Of a stretch of 64,000 nucleotides of DNA, positions 1-10,300 are shown piece after piece (positions within the stretch are counted from its first letter, which is position 1; every line of letters starts with the position of its first letter). The notes beneath the pieces were generated by a model. The model searched no databases, was not told where the DNA came from, and saw only the letters and a list, made by a program, of their open reading frames with translations. Source of the stretch: an uncultured Planctomycetota bacterium (lineage in GTDB: Bacteria; Planctomycetota; Planctomycetia; Isosphaerales; Isosphaeraceae); contig CAVTTN010000002.1 in the NCBI GenBank assembly GCA_963737655.1, positions 5,920,001 to 5,984,000 of the forward strand. The letters are read 5' to 3'. The translations under genes and the position numbers were made by a program.

Positions 1-58
1 CGTCGGCCTCGCGGAGCTTGCGGATGATCTGCTCGGGCGAGTGGCGGATGCGCTTCAT
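1..58 (-). CDS. IS3-family transposase OrfA, N-terminus (partial)
   Basis: Manual translation MKRIRHSPEQIIRKLREAD, a typical IS3 OrfA HTH start; RBS at 66-71. Not in the ORF track because it runs off the edge. Confidence 0.8.
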   Translation of the reverse strand, partial: MKRIRHSPEQIIRKLREAD

Positions 59-130
59 GGTGAGTCCTCCTGCCCTGGCGGGCGAGAATGGCTCTCATAC
101 CAGATGGACCAACCCAGGGGGAGCAGGCCA
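1..130 (-). mobile_element. Left end of an IS3-family insertion sequence (continues off the window)
   Basis: Minus strand begins TGGCCTGCTCCCC at 130 (IS3-type 5'-TG end), then AGGAGG RBS and an OrfA-like start. Ig-like protein sequence resumes immediately at 131. Confidence 0.8.
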
Positions 131-1692
131 GTGGCGACCGCCCCCCTGCCGGCGGCCCTCGCCGGGGCGACGGCCTCCGCCTCGCCGGGCACGTCCTCGC
201 TCTCCGGGGGCGTGTTCACCGCCTCCGTCCCGATCCTCCCAGCCGGCGGGTCGTTCGCCGTGACGATCTCGGGGACGGCGATGGCCGGCGGGGCGATCGA
301 GGGCACGCTCTCCGCGACCTCCGCCATCGCCGACCCGGACCCGACGAACGACTCGGCCACCGCGTCGGTCCTCGTCGAGCGGGCGGCGACCTCGACGACC
401 CTGACGACGGCCCCCGACCCCTCCGCGATCGGCTCGACGGCCCGGCTCACGGCGGTCGTCTCCGGAGCGGTCGGGGGGCCGGCGCCGGGCGGCTCGGTGG
501 CCTTCTCGGTCGATGGCGAACTGGCGGCGACGGTCCCGGTCACGGCGTCCCCCGGCGGCTCTTCGGCCTCGGCCGTGTTCTCGACGTTGGCGCTCGGCGT
601 CGGTTCGCATCGCCTGACCGCCTCCTATTCGGGAGATGCCGACGATGACCCGAGCGACTCGTCGGCCCCGCTGACCGTCGAGCCGGCCGCTACGACGAAC
701 CGCCTCGCCGCGGATCCCTCGGCCCCGGCCTTCGGCTCGCCCGTGACGTTCACGGCGACGGTCTCGGGGCCGGTGGCGCCGTCGGGCGCGGTGACCTTCT
801 CGATCGACGGCTCCGCGGCGGCGACGGTCCCGCTGGCGGCGTCCGGGGGAGGAGCCTCGTTCACGACCTCGGCCCTGGGCGTGGGGGCGCATCAAATCGT
901 CGCGACCTACTGCGGCGACGCCGAACTCGTTGCGAGTGCCTCGGAGGCCGACGCCGTGGACGTGGGCCGGGCGGCGAGCGCCGCCGTCGCCGCGACGCCC
1001 GCCCCGGCCGGCTCGCCCGTGACGCTCTGGGCGACGGTCTCCGGCCCGGCGCCGCCGACGGGGTCCGTGGCGTTCTTCGACGGCACGACGGCCCTGGGGG
1101 CCGCGGCGCTCGGCCCCGACGGCCGGGCCCTGCTGGTCGTCCCGTCGCTGGCGCCGGGGGGCCACTCGCTGACGGCGGCCTACGGGGGCGACGCGGACCT
1201 GCAGCCGGCGGCCTCGGCCCCGGTGGCCCTGGACGTCGAGGAGCCCCTATCGCCGCCGGGCGAGTCGCAGAGGCCGGCGCCGTCCGGGGCGGCCCCGCGG
1301 GTCGTCCTGGTCCAGCGGTTTGGTGTCGCCGGCCGGCTGACGGCCGTGGAGCTGACTTTCAGCGGGCCGCTCGACCCGTCGCGGGCGGGGGAACTCGCCA
1401 ATTACCGGATCGCCGGACCCCGCGGCCGGCCGATCCGGATCGCCTCGGCCGTCGTCTCGGCCGACGGCACGACGATCACCCTGACGCCGGTGCAGCGGGT
1501 CGTGGTGCGGCCGCTCCTCCGGCTGGAGGTGGTCGGGGCCCGGTCCTCGGGCCTGGCCTCGGCCTCGGCCTCGGCCTCGGGGGCCGCCCTCGACGGCCGG
1601 GGCGACGGCTCGCCCGGTTCGGACTACTCGACCACGATCACGGCGAGGGACCTGGTCCGGCCGCCGGCGGAGTCGTCGCGGGCTCGCCGTCA
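131..1692 (+). pseudogene. 3' part of an Ig-like repeat surface protein (DUF11-like + about three Big_3-like domains + planctomycete-type C-terminal domain), interrupted by IS3
   Basis: ADPDPTNDSATASV (DUF11-like); repeated TTL..PDPS..G..VTFTATV..P.G.V.F..DG...LGVG.H.LTA.Y.GD units; C-terminal LTFSGPLDPSRA..LANYRI...LDGRGDGSPGSDY. Frame stays open to 2617, but sequence past ~1690 is antisense to the next gene. Confidence 0.8.
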
Positions 1693-4416
1693 CGTCGGTC
1701 CGGCTCGTCGCGCGGAGTCGAAGGCCCGGCCATCGGCCGCGGGCGTGAGCACGGGTCCTCTCGTCGGGGTCGATCCGAAGGGGCCCGGGCCGGCCCGAGG
1801 CTCGGCCCGATCAGGGTTCGAGTCGCCGGCCCTTGGGACCCGCTCAGCAGGCCCTCCCTCCGGCCGGTCCTTCGCCGAGGGGGCCGGGCCGGCGGGCCCG
1901 GATTCCGCGGGCGCCGGCCCCTTCGCCGGGGGGCGGGACTCATTGGCCTCGGCGGGCCCGGGCGTCTCTCCGCCCTCGGGGTGGGCCTCGGATCGCGGGC
2001 CCGCCGGGCCGAGTTTCCCGGCCGGCTCGTGGTGGGCCGCCGACCCGGTCGCCTCGCCCTCGCTCCCCTCGCCGGCGGCCGTCCCCCGGAACGCCTTCAG
2101 GCCGAGGCCCAGGGCCAGGAACAGCACAAGCAGGGCGGCCATCCCGCCGAAGAAGACCTTCATCGGGCCGGGGACCCCCTCCTCGCCCCTCCTCGATCCC
2201 AGGAGCATGACGAGCGGGGCGGCGAAGGCCACCGTCAGGGCCGAAGCCCCAACGAAGACGTGGCCGAAGCCGAACGACTCGCCCAGGATGTGGAACAGCT
2301 CCACCGAGTACACCGAGATCAGGAAGATCTCGATCCAGTGGAACGCCGACTGGACCTCGGCCACCGAGCGGATGTGCTCCTCGATCCTCTCGGTGTTCCG
2401 GGCCATCTCGGCGGCGCGGACCCGCTCGACGTCGACCGAGTTGGCGTCCCGGACCATCGCCACGACCTCGTCGAGGCGGAGCGCGTCGAAGAAGAGGCGC
2501 TGGAGCCGCCTCTCGGGCAAGACCAGGCCGGACTTCAGGCGGATCAGCCGCCTCATCAGGGCCTCGCCGCGGCGGACCCGGGCGTCCATCTGGTCGGCCC
2601 AGTCGTCCAGCCCGTGAGCGACCGGGGGCTCGTGGACCAGCGCCTCGGCGTCGCGGGCGATGGCCGTCCACTCCGCCAGGTCGGCGGCCATCGCCTCGGC
2701 GCGGGCCCGGGCCGGCTCCTTCATCGCGACGACGATCCCGCGGCGGCTCCAGACCCCCACGCCGTCGGCGTCGACGACCAGGTGGTGGTCGCGGAAGTCG
2801 CCCGGGGGCTCGGGCCCGTCGCGCCCCTCCAGCAGGGTCCAGAGCAGATGGCTGACCCGGAGCGCGACCTCCCCGCGGAGCGGGTCGGCGCCTCCGGCCA
2901 GGGCCACGTGGCCGAAGCGGTAGCAGCCCGGCGAGGGCGGGTCGGTCCGGGCGATCGCCTCCGCCAGGGCGTGGGCCCGTTCGCCCCGGTCCTCCACTCC
3001 GGTCGTCGCCGGGCGGTCGTGGATTGTCACGTCCGAGACCAGCGGGAGCTCCAGCTCGTCGCGGACGAGCTTGGCGATCGGGTCGTCCTCCAGCCCGGGG
3101 GACGTGCCGGGCGGTCCGATCAGGGACCCTCGGTTCGGGGTGGCGACGATCGTGCCGCCGTAGTTGCTGCCGTCGAACCAGGGGTCGACGAAGAACCCCT
3201 CGGAGCCGTCGGCCCGGCCCCCGAAGCCGGGCCTTGCCCGGCCCTCCAGGGGGGAGCCGGCCGGCGCCCGGACCTCCTCGGCCTGGAGCCGGGACCAGAC
3301 GTTGTAGAGGTGACGGCCGCCGGCGCGCTCCGGGTCGAGCGCGAAGAAGTACTCCGTCGAGTTCACCGGCGAGCCGGCCCGGCGGCCCGAGTAGGCGATC
3401 GCCGTGAACAGGAAGCCCTCGCCCGACGCCGAGCCCTCGGCGTCGCCCCGGGCCCACTCCTTGAACAGGAGGCATTCCGGGTCGCGGAGGTACAGGCCGT
3501 CGACCTGGCGCCTCCTCTGGTACGGCGGCTGGAGGTGGACCGGCCGGATCGAGCCGCCCTTCTTCAGCAGCGACTGGTTCAGGACCGCCGTGTACCATTC
3601 GCCGAACGGGACCGTGGAGTCCAGGAGCGTCACGGTCGCCTTCCTCGCCCGGCGGAGGTCGCGGCGGTAGGCCTCCACCTCGTGGTCCAGGAGCCGGAGC
3701 TCGGGGGCGAACTCGGCGCTTCCCTCCAGGACCGAGTCGGCCAGGGGGTCCAGGGCCCCGGGGCCGGCGTCGGCCAGGAGGCGGGCGACCTCGTCGAAGA
3801 AGCCGCAGGCGCCGTCGGCCGCGCCGTAGCCCCCGCCCCGGCGGTGGACCGCCGCGTAGAGGACCGAGTGGAGCGAGCGGTTCCCGGGGCATTTCAGGCG
3901 GCGGCAGTTGTCCACGAACGCGGCGTAAGAGGCCAGGAGCACCGGCCATCGCCTCTCCGACGGCCAGCCGTCGGTCTTCGGGCCGAACCAGTCGACCTCG
4001 CCCGCGCCGCCCAGCCAACCCTCGGGCCGGAGGCCGAAGTCGGGCCAGCCGTCGGCCGGGACCGCGCCGTCCATGAGCCGGCGGGCGAGGTACATGGCGC
4101 AGAAGGCGTCGAAATCGGGGTCGCGGTGGGTCACGAACCAGAAGTCCCCCTCCGCCTTCTGCCCCAGGGCCGCGACCTTCTCGGCATTGTGCAGGACCGC
4201 CGCGGCGGCCGAGGGGAACTGGCCGGCCTGGCGGAAGAAGTGGTGGTCCAAAACCGGCCGATCGACGCCGTCATGGCCCCAGCAGGCGCCGCCGACGTCC
4301 ACCGCCAGCTCGTTGTCGTGGAGCGTCGCCGGGTCGAAGGTGCCCTCGATCCGTGACCGTCCCCGGGCTTCGTGGAAGTATGTCCCGTATCCGACATAGC
4401 GATAGCGAGGTCTCAT
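1690..4416 (-). CDS. DHH/MYG1-like phosphoesterase domain fused to a CorA-like helical stalk and 2-3 C-terminal TM helices (908 aa)
   Basis: ATG at 4416 overlaps the upstream stop (ATGA). Motifs AVDVGG, VLDHHF, VTHRDPDFDAFCA. Long helical segment, then hydrophobic FHWIEIFLISVYSVELFHIL, VFVGASALTVAFAAPLVMLL and VFFGGMAALLVLFLALGLGL. No GMN motif. Low-complexity tail. Confidence 0.6.
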   Translation of the reverse strand: MRPRYRYVGYGTYFHEARGRSRIEGTFDPATLHDNELAVDVGGACWGHDGVDRPVLDHHFFRQAGQFPSAAAAVLHNAEKVAALGQKAEGDFWFVTHRDPDFDAFCAMYLARRLMDGAVPADGWPDFGLRPEGWLGGAGEVDWFGPKTDGWPSERRWPVLLASYAAFVDNCRRLKCPGNRSLHSVLYAAVHRRGGGYGAADGACGFFDEVARLLADAGPGALDPLADSVLEGSAEFAPELRLLDHEVEAYRRDLRRARKATVTLLDSTVPFGEWYTAVLNQSLLKKGGSIRPVHLQPPYQRRRQVDGLYLRDPECLLFKEWARGDAEGSASGEGFLFTAIAYSGRRAGSPVNSTEYFFALDPERAGGRHLYNVWSRLQAEEVRAPAGSPLEGRARPGFGGRADGSEGFFVDPWFDGSNYGGTIVATPNRGSLIGPPGTSPGLEDDPIAKLVRDELELPLVSDVTIHDRPATTGVEDRGERAHALAEAIARTDPPSPGCYRFGHVALAGGADPLRGEVALRVSHLLWTLLEGRDGPEPPGDFRDHHLVVDADGVGVWSRRGIVVAMKEPARARAEAMAADLAEWTAIARDAEALVHEPPVAHGLDDWADQMDARVRRGEALMRRLIRLKSGLVLPERRLQRLFFDALRLDEVVAMVRDANSVDVERVRAAEMARNTERIEEHIRSVAEVQSAFHWIEIFLISVYSVELFHILGESFGFGHVFVGASALTVAFAAPLVMLLGSRRGEEGVPGPMKVFFGGMAALLVLFLALGLGLKAFRGTAAGEGSEGEATGSAAHHEPAGKLGPAGPRSEAHPEGGETPGPAEANESRPPAKGPAPAESGPAGPAPSAKDRPEGGPAERVPRAGDSNPDRAEPRAGPGPFGSTPTRGPVLTPAADGRAFDSARRAGPT

Positions 4417-7325
4417 CGGCCGGTCTCCTCGATTCGGTCCGCCGCACCAACCGACCCATCCGGCCCGCCGGGGCCGGCGTCGCGGCCCCATTCCAGGACC
4501 TCGTCGAGCGAGGGCGGGCCGTCGCCCAGGGCCGCCCTCCGGACGCACTCGTCCAGGAACCGGGGGCGGAGCGGCCGGACCCTCCCCGGGAGCGATGTGG
4601 CCCCGCCCTCGGCGAGCTTCGAGAGCAGGCGGTCGAAGGCCGCCGACCAGGCGGCCCGGTCCTTCCTCCGGCCGTCGCCGGCCCGGGCGAGCTCCCCGTT
4701 CCGGGCGTGGAGGGCCAGGAGGAGCAGGTCGAGCGCGCCGAGCAGGGGGAAGCTCGTGTCGTCCTCGGGGCCTCGCGAGGCCAGGCGGTCGGCCAGGCCG
4801 TGGAGGACCAGCAGCGGGAAGTCCTCGCCGAACCCCTCGGGACCCGGGCCGAAGAGGCGGCCGAACGCCTCCTCGTCCGATCGGGGCAGAGGCCCCCTCT
4901 CCAGGGCCCCGGCGAGCTCCTCCGCCCGCCCGGAGCGGTCCTTCAGGTCCCGGGCGAGGTCGTGGTGGTGGAGGTGGCGGAGGATCAGCCGGCGGACCCT
5001 CACCCCGTCGCCCGGCCCGGCCCGGCCGCATGACGGGCAGGCCGCCTCGCCCTCGGGGCCGGTCTCGATCAGCGCCACCCGGCAGGCCGGGCAGTCGCGG
5101 CCGAAGAGGCGGGCGAGCGTCGGCTCGACCACCTGGAGGCCGTACGCTTCATGCCCCTGGAAGACGACCTTCAGCCCCCGGCCCGTCGGCTTCACCGCCC
5201 TCGTCCCGGGCTTGCCGACGTCGTGGAAAAGGGCCGCCCACTTCAGCACCGACGCCCCCGGCCCGGCCGTCGCGGCGGCGATTGCGGCCCCGACCTCCGC
5301 GTGATGGGGCCGGATCAGGTCGCGAAGGGCCGAGGCCCGGGCCTCCTGGGCCTCGCGGTTCGGAGGAGGGCCGCTGGCGACCGGCGGGAAGTCCAGGCCC
5401 GAGTCGGCCAGCGCTCGCGCCACGGGGCCGTCGAGCGACTCGGGGTTGAGCAGGCCGGCGAGGGGGGCGGCGAGGAGGGCCTCGGCGTAGGCCAGCGTGA
5501 GCAAGGAGTGATCGAGGACGTCCAGGTGGTGGACGGGGCTCTGGAGGACCCCGCGGGTCGCGGCCAGGGGGGCGAGGGCCCGGCGGCCGTCGCCGCGGTC
5601 GAGGGCGTAGCGGACGCGTCCCGCGGCGCCGGGGGCGTCGAGCCATCGGGGCGAGAGGAGCCGGCGGTGGTCCATCGGCTCGGCCCGGCGGTCGTAAGGG
5701 GCCCGGCCGAGGATGCGGTCCAGGGCGGCCTCCAGGACCCACGCCAGGCCGAGCAGGAGCCGGTAGTTCATCGGGGGGGCCGCCCCGGGTCGGCCGGCGA
5801 ACGGCAGGAGCCCGAGGACCGACAGGTACAGCACCGCGAGGTAGTCGCGACGGTCGGGCGAGCCGACCAGGCCGTGGGGGGCGGCCAGGGCCCGGAGGTG
5901 GGCGATCGAGTGGGCGAGCTTCATGAGGTCGTCGGGGTCGGCGCCGAGCCCCTCGGCCAGGGGGCGGACGCCCTCCAGCCCGCCCTCGACCCCGAGCGCA
6001 TGGTCGAGCAGGATCGCCTCGAACGCCTCGGCCGCGCCCTCGACGTCCTCGCCGCCGGTTCGGAGCGGGAGGCACCAGAGCCGGAGGTTCGCCTCCAGGT
6101 GGGCGAAGTCGGCCAGGGCCGGGCCGGGCCCGGTGTGCTCGAAGTCGATCAGCCAGAAGTCGTCCCCCGAGCCCAGGGCGTTCCTCGGGTTGAGGTCGCC
6201 GTGGATCAGGGAGAACTTCGCGGGGACCTCGCCGAGCCGGTGCAGGAGGCCGTCCCCGCGGCCGAGGAGGTGGTCCTTCAGGTGCTCGCCCCGGACGAAC
6301 GCCGTGTCCCACATCAGCCCGGCCGAGAACTCCCGCCGCCCCCGGAGGCCGCCCTCGCCCCGAGGCCGTGCGAGGTCGTACTTGCCGAACAGGAGCCACG
6401 GGGGCCGGTCCCCCGGGACCTCGGGCCCGGGCGGGGCGAAGGCGCGTTGCCACCGTTTCAGGGGGAGCGTCCGGCCCGGGGAGTGCCAGGGGGCGAGGTT
6501 CGCGAACACCCGGCCAATCATCCGTCCGCAGGTCTCCGGCTCCGAGGCCCCGCGGATCCGGTGCTCCAACGACTCGGCCCGGACCAGGTCGCCGCCGAGG
6601 AACGAGCTGATCACGGTCGCCTCGCCGACCCCCGCCGGCCCCTCGCCGACCGGCCGGACCTCCAGGACCTCCTCCGGGCGGGCGAGGAAGGGATGGAGCC
6701 GGTCTTCCAGATAAAGCCGGGACCGCTCCCACTCGCGAAGGACGTCCCGCGCCCGCCCCGTCTTGACCAGGAGGCAAGACCCCCAGGCCCCCCCGAGGAC
6801 GTCCCCGTCCTCCTCGACCCGGGCCCGCAACCTCGGGCGGACGACCAGCACCTCGGACCCGGAATACCCCCCACCGAACCGCTTCAGCGCCACGACCTCC
6901 TCATAACGCCGCCACGCCCGCCAGAGCAAGGCCGCCCGGGCCTGGGGACGAAGCCCGACCCCGGACCGACCGCCACCCATCAAGGCCGAGCCGATCCGGC
7001 ACCGGGTCCGCCGCACCACGACCCGGAGAGGCACACACTCCCCCCCATCCCGATCCCGAACCCCGACGACGGCCTCATCGTCCTCCCCATCCCCCTCGGG
7101 AAACTCCACGACCAGCCGGACCCCATCCCCCTCCCTCCCCAGCGAGACGACCCGGCAAGGCCCGGCCTCCACTTCGGCCGTCAGGCGAAGGGGCGAACCC
7201 GGTGGAAGGACCAGAGGGAGGGCCAGCGCGAGCCGAGGGCCGTCCGAGTCCCGCGCCAGGGCGAACCGGGCGGTCGCCCTCGCCCCCCCACCGGGATCAT
7301 CGCTCGCGGCCAGCCCATCGATCAT
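4413..7325 (-). CDS. APH/TCAD9-like phosphotransferase fused to a C-terminal HD phosphohydrolase domain
   Basis: Kinase motifs FGGGYSGSEVLVV, LLVKTG, IHGDLNPRN, WLIDFE. HD motifs HHLDVLDHSL, AALFHDVGKP, FQGHEAYG, ILRHLH, ADRLASRG, resembling the HD domain appended to CCA-adding enzymes. Start is ATG 7325 or GTG 7361. Confidence 0.75.
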   Translation of the reverse strand: MIDGLAASDDPGGGARATARFALARDSDGPRLALALPLVLPPGSPLRLTAEVEAGPCRVVSLGREGDGVRLVVEFPEGDGEDDEAVVGVRDRDGGECVPLRVVVRRTRCRIGSALMGGGRSGVGLRPQARAALLWRAWRRYEEVVALKRFGGGYSGSEVLVVRPRLRARVEEDGDVLGGAWGSCLLVKTGRARDVLREWERSRLYLEDRLHPFLARPEEVLEVRPVGEGPAGVGEATVISSFLGGDLVRAESLEHRIRGASEPETCGRMIGRVFANLAPWHSPGRTLPLKRWQRAFAPPGPEVPGDRPPWLLFGKYDLARPRGEGGLRGRREFSAGLMWDTAFVRGEHLKDHLLGRGDGLLHRLGEVPAKFSLIHGDLNPRNALGSGDDFWLIDFEHTGPGPALADFAHLEANLRLWCLPLRTGGEDVEGAAEAFEAILLDHALGVEGGLEGVRPLAEGLGADPDDLMKLAHSIAHLRALAAPHGLVGSPDRRDYLAVLYLSVLGLLPFAGRPGAAPPMNYRLLLGLAWVLEAALDRILGRAPYDRRAEPMDHRRLLSPRWLDAPGAAGRVRYALDRGDGRRALAPLAATRGVLQSPVHHLDVLDHSLLTLAYAEALLAAPLAGLLNPESLDGPVARALADSGLDFPPVASGPPPNREAQEARASALRDLIRPHHAEVGAAIAAATAGPGASVLKWAALFHDVGKPGTRAVKPTGRGLKVVFQGHEAYGLQVVEPTLARLFGRDCPACRVALIETGPEGEAACPSCGRAGPGDGVRVRRLILRHLHHHDLARDLKDRSGRAEELAGALERGPLPRSDEEAFGRLFGPGPEGFGEDFPLLVLHGLADRLASRGPEDDTSFPLLGALDLLLLALHARNGELARAGDGRRKDRAAWSAAFDRLLSKLAEGGATSLPGRVRPLRPRFLDECVRRAALGDGPPSLDEVLEWGRDAGPGGPDGSVGAADRIEETGR

Positions 7326-7382
7326 CGCCCCGCCCTCCGAATCCGCCGTGATCGGTCGCACACCCCGCCGGGGATCGATCGC

Positions 7383-10300
7383 TCATTCCTTCCGCCTCTG
7401 GATGTAGGCCTTGAGCTGGATGAGGTACGGATGTGTCGGGATCAGCGCGAGCAGACGAGACACGATCGTCTCCGCCTCGGCAAACCGCCCCAACGAGCAC
7501 AAACTCCCCGCATAGCCCGCCGCGATCTCAAAGTTCTCGGGGTTGGCGGCGTAGAGGGCCTCGCGGATGGCGGCGGCGCGGCGGTAGGCGGCCTCGGCCT
7601 CCGGCGCCCGGCCGGCGGTGCGCAGGAGGATTCCGAGGTTGTTGAGGGTCCCGGCCACGCCGCCGCCCAGGGCGACGTTCTCGGGGTTGGCGGCGTAGAG
7701 GGCCTCGCGGATGGCGGCGGCGCGGCGGTAGGCGGCCTCGGCCTCCGGCGCCCGGCCGGCGGCGCGCAGGAGGTTGCCCAGGTTGTTGAGGGTCGAGCCC
7801 ACGCCGCCGCCCAGGGCGACGTTCTCGGGGTTGGCGGCGTAGAGCGCCTCGTAGAGGTCGGCGGCGCGGCGGTAGGCGGCCTCGGCCTCCGGCGCCCGGC
7901 CGGCGGCGCGCAGGAGGTTGCCCAGGTTGTTGAGGGTCATGCCCACGCCGTCGCCCAGGTCGACGTTCTCGGGGTTGGCGGCGTAGAGGGCCTCGTACAC
8001 CAGGGCGGCGCGGCGGTAGGCGGCCTCGGCCTCCGGCGCCCGGCCGGCGGCGCGTAGGAGGATTCCGAGGTTGTTGAGGGTCCCGGCCACGCCGCCCAGG
8101 GCGACGTTCTCGGGGTTGGCGGCGTAGAGGGCCTCGCGGATGGCGGCGGCGCGGCGGTAGGCGGCCTCGGCCTCCGGCGCCCGGCCGGCGGCGCGCAGGA
8201 GGTTGCCCAGGTTGTTGAGGGTCATGCCCACGCCGTCGCCCAGGGCGACGTTCTCGGGGTTGGCGGCGTAGAGGGCCTCGCGGATGGCGGCGGCGCGGCG
8301 GTAGGCGGCCTCGGCCTCCGGCGCCCGGCCGGCGGCGCGCAGGAGGATTCCGAGGTTGTTGAGGGTCCCGGCCACGCCGCCGCCCAGGGCGACGTTCTCG
8401 GGGTTGGCGGCGTAGAGCGCCTCGTAGAGGTCGGCGGCGCGGCGGTAGGCGGCCTCGGCCTCCGGCGCCCGGCCGGCGGCGCTCAGGAGGACCCCGAGGT
8501 TGCTGAGGGTCGAGCCCAAGCCGCCGCCCAGGTCGACGTTCTCGGGGTTGGCGGCGTAGAGGGCCTCGCGGATCGCGGCAGTAGCCTGGTAATAGGCCGT
8601 CGCGGCCAGGGCGAATGGGGTCTGATGGAGCTGGTACGCGGCCCCAAAGAGCGTGTCGGCGAATGCGGCCTCACCCGTGGCCGAGAGGGAGGCCGCGGCG
8701 GTCTCGGCGGTGGGGCTGCCCCGGCCCGGGATGTAGTCGGATCGGGCGATCTCGATGAGGAGGGTCGCGAGGCGGTCGGTCAGCCAGGAGGGGGCGTCTT
8801 TCCAGATCGCGACGATCGAGGCGTAGTCCCCCCGGGCGGCCAGGTCGCGCCCGAGGAAGAGGAAGGCGTCGGCGTATTCGGGGAAGACGGCTTCGTGGGC
8901 CGCCCGGCGACTCCAGGCGGCGACGTCGGCCTTGCGGTCGGGGTCGAGGTGGCGGTAGAGGAGGTATCCGGCCACGGCCTGGTAGAGGAATCGGTAGCCG
9001 CCCCCCTCTTCGCGGACTCTCTTGCGGACCCAGCCCTCGTTGGCGAGGGCCTCGACCGGGTTGGACGTCGCCCGGGCGACCGCCGCCGAGTGCCCCTCCT
9101 CCCAGGCGCGGCGGATCGCGTTCACGTCGTCGTCGTCGAGGTCGGCGCCGGGGCGGCCGAGGTCGTCCAGGAGGTGGTCGAGCACCGGGGCGAGCGCCGG
9201 GCCGAGTCCGGGCCTCTCGGCCATCGCGCGGTCGACGTAGCGGCGGAACAGCGAGGGGACCGTCGTCACCCGCTCGGCCGGTCGGCCGTCGAACGCCTCC
9301 ATGAAGAGGTTGAGGTGCAGCGGGCTGGCCAGGAGCCTCCGCGTCGGCCCCGGCAGGTCGTCCCAGGGCGTGGGGCAGAAGGGAACCCGTTCGCGGGACG
9401 GGGCCGCGTCGGGGCTCTGGTAGAGGCCGTAGACTCGCCGGGCCTGGGCCTCGCCCAGCGGCTCCAGGGAGACGACCGGCGGGCCCGGCATGCCGCCCCG
9501 GCCGTCGGACTCGGGGACGAACAGGTGCGGACGCGCCTCCTCCAGGGGGCTGGGCTCGTTCGGCCCGAGCTTGCCCGACCAGGTCCCCAGCCACTCCTGG
9601 CGGGTCGAGAGCAGGACCTTGCACCAGGGGAACCGAGCGGCCTCCCGGACGAGGTCCAGGGCCTCGCGGAGGGCCAGCTCGGGCGCGCCCGTCTCGTTCA
9701 GGGCGTCGATCACCAGGACCATCCGCCGGCCCTCGACCCGGTCCTCTCTCCAGAGCCGATGGAGGTGGTCGAACAGCTCGCGGAACGATCCGAACCCGCC
9801 GGCCTTGCGGCGCTTCCCGGTGGCCCCCTCGACGGCCACGCCGAGCTTCTCGGCCACGTCGCGGAACAGGGAAACCCCCTCCTCCCGGGGCGCCAGGCCG
9901 TTGCCCCGGAGGAACAGCACGAGGTTCGGGTTCTCGCGGGGAGCCTCCTCGGCGGGCCGAGCCAAGAGGGCCGCGACCCGGTGCGCCAGGAGGGCCGTCT
10001 TGCCCGCGCCCGCCGGGCCGACGAGCAGCAATCCGCCGGTGAACCGCGCCTTCGCCGAGTCCGCCGGCCACCGCGACGGCTCGGGCACGCGGAGGAAGGC
10101 GTCCAGGTGGCGCTCGACGTCCTCGAACGGGACGTAGCACTCGGGGAAGTACTTCCGGCCCAGGAGGTCGTCGAGCGTCTGCCGGGAGTAGTCGGCCGCG
10201 CTGTCGGCGATCGTCCAGGGCGCCGTCTGGGCCTTCTCCAACGCGTAGTCGATCCGCCGGGCGGCCAGGAGCTCGCGCATCCGGTCGCACGAGTTCGGCC

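Noticed and set aside
1555..1580. GCCTCG hexamer run
   Set aside because: Short in-frame Ala-Ser microsatellite in a disrupted gene; no evidence of function.
7534..8576. Diversity-generating retroelement behind the TPR variation
   Set aside because: No reverse transcriptase or template repeat in the window, and the variation is not adenine-specific.
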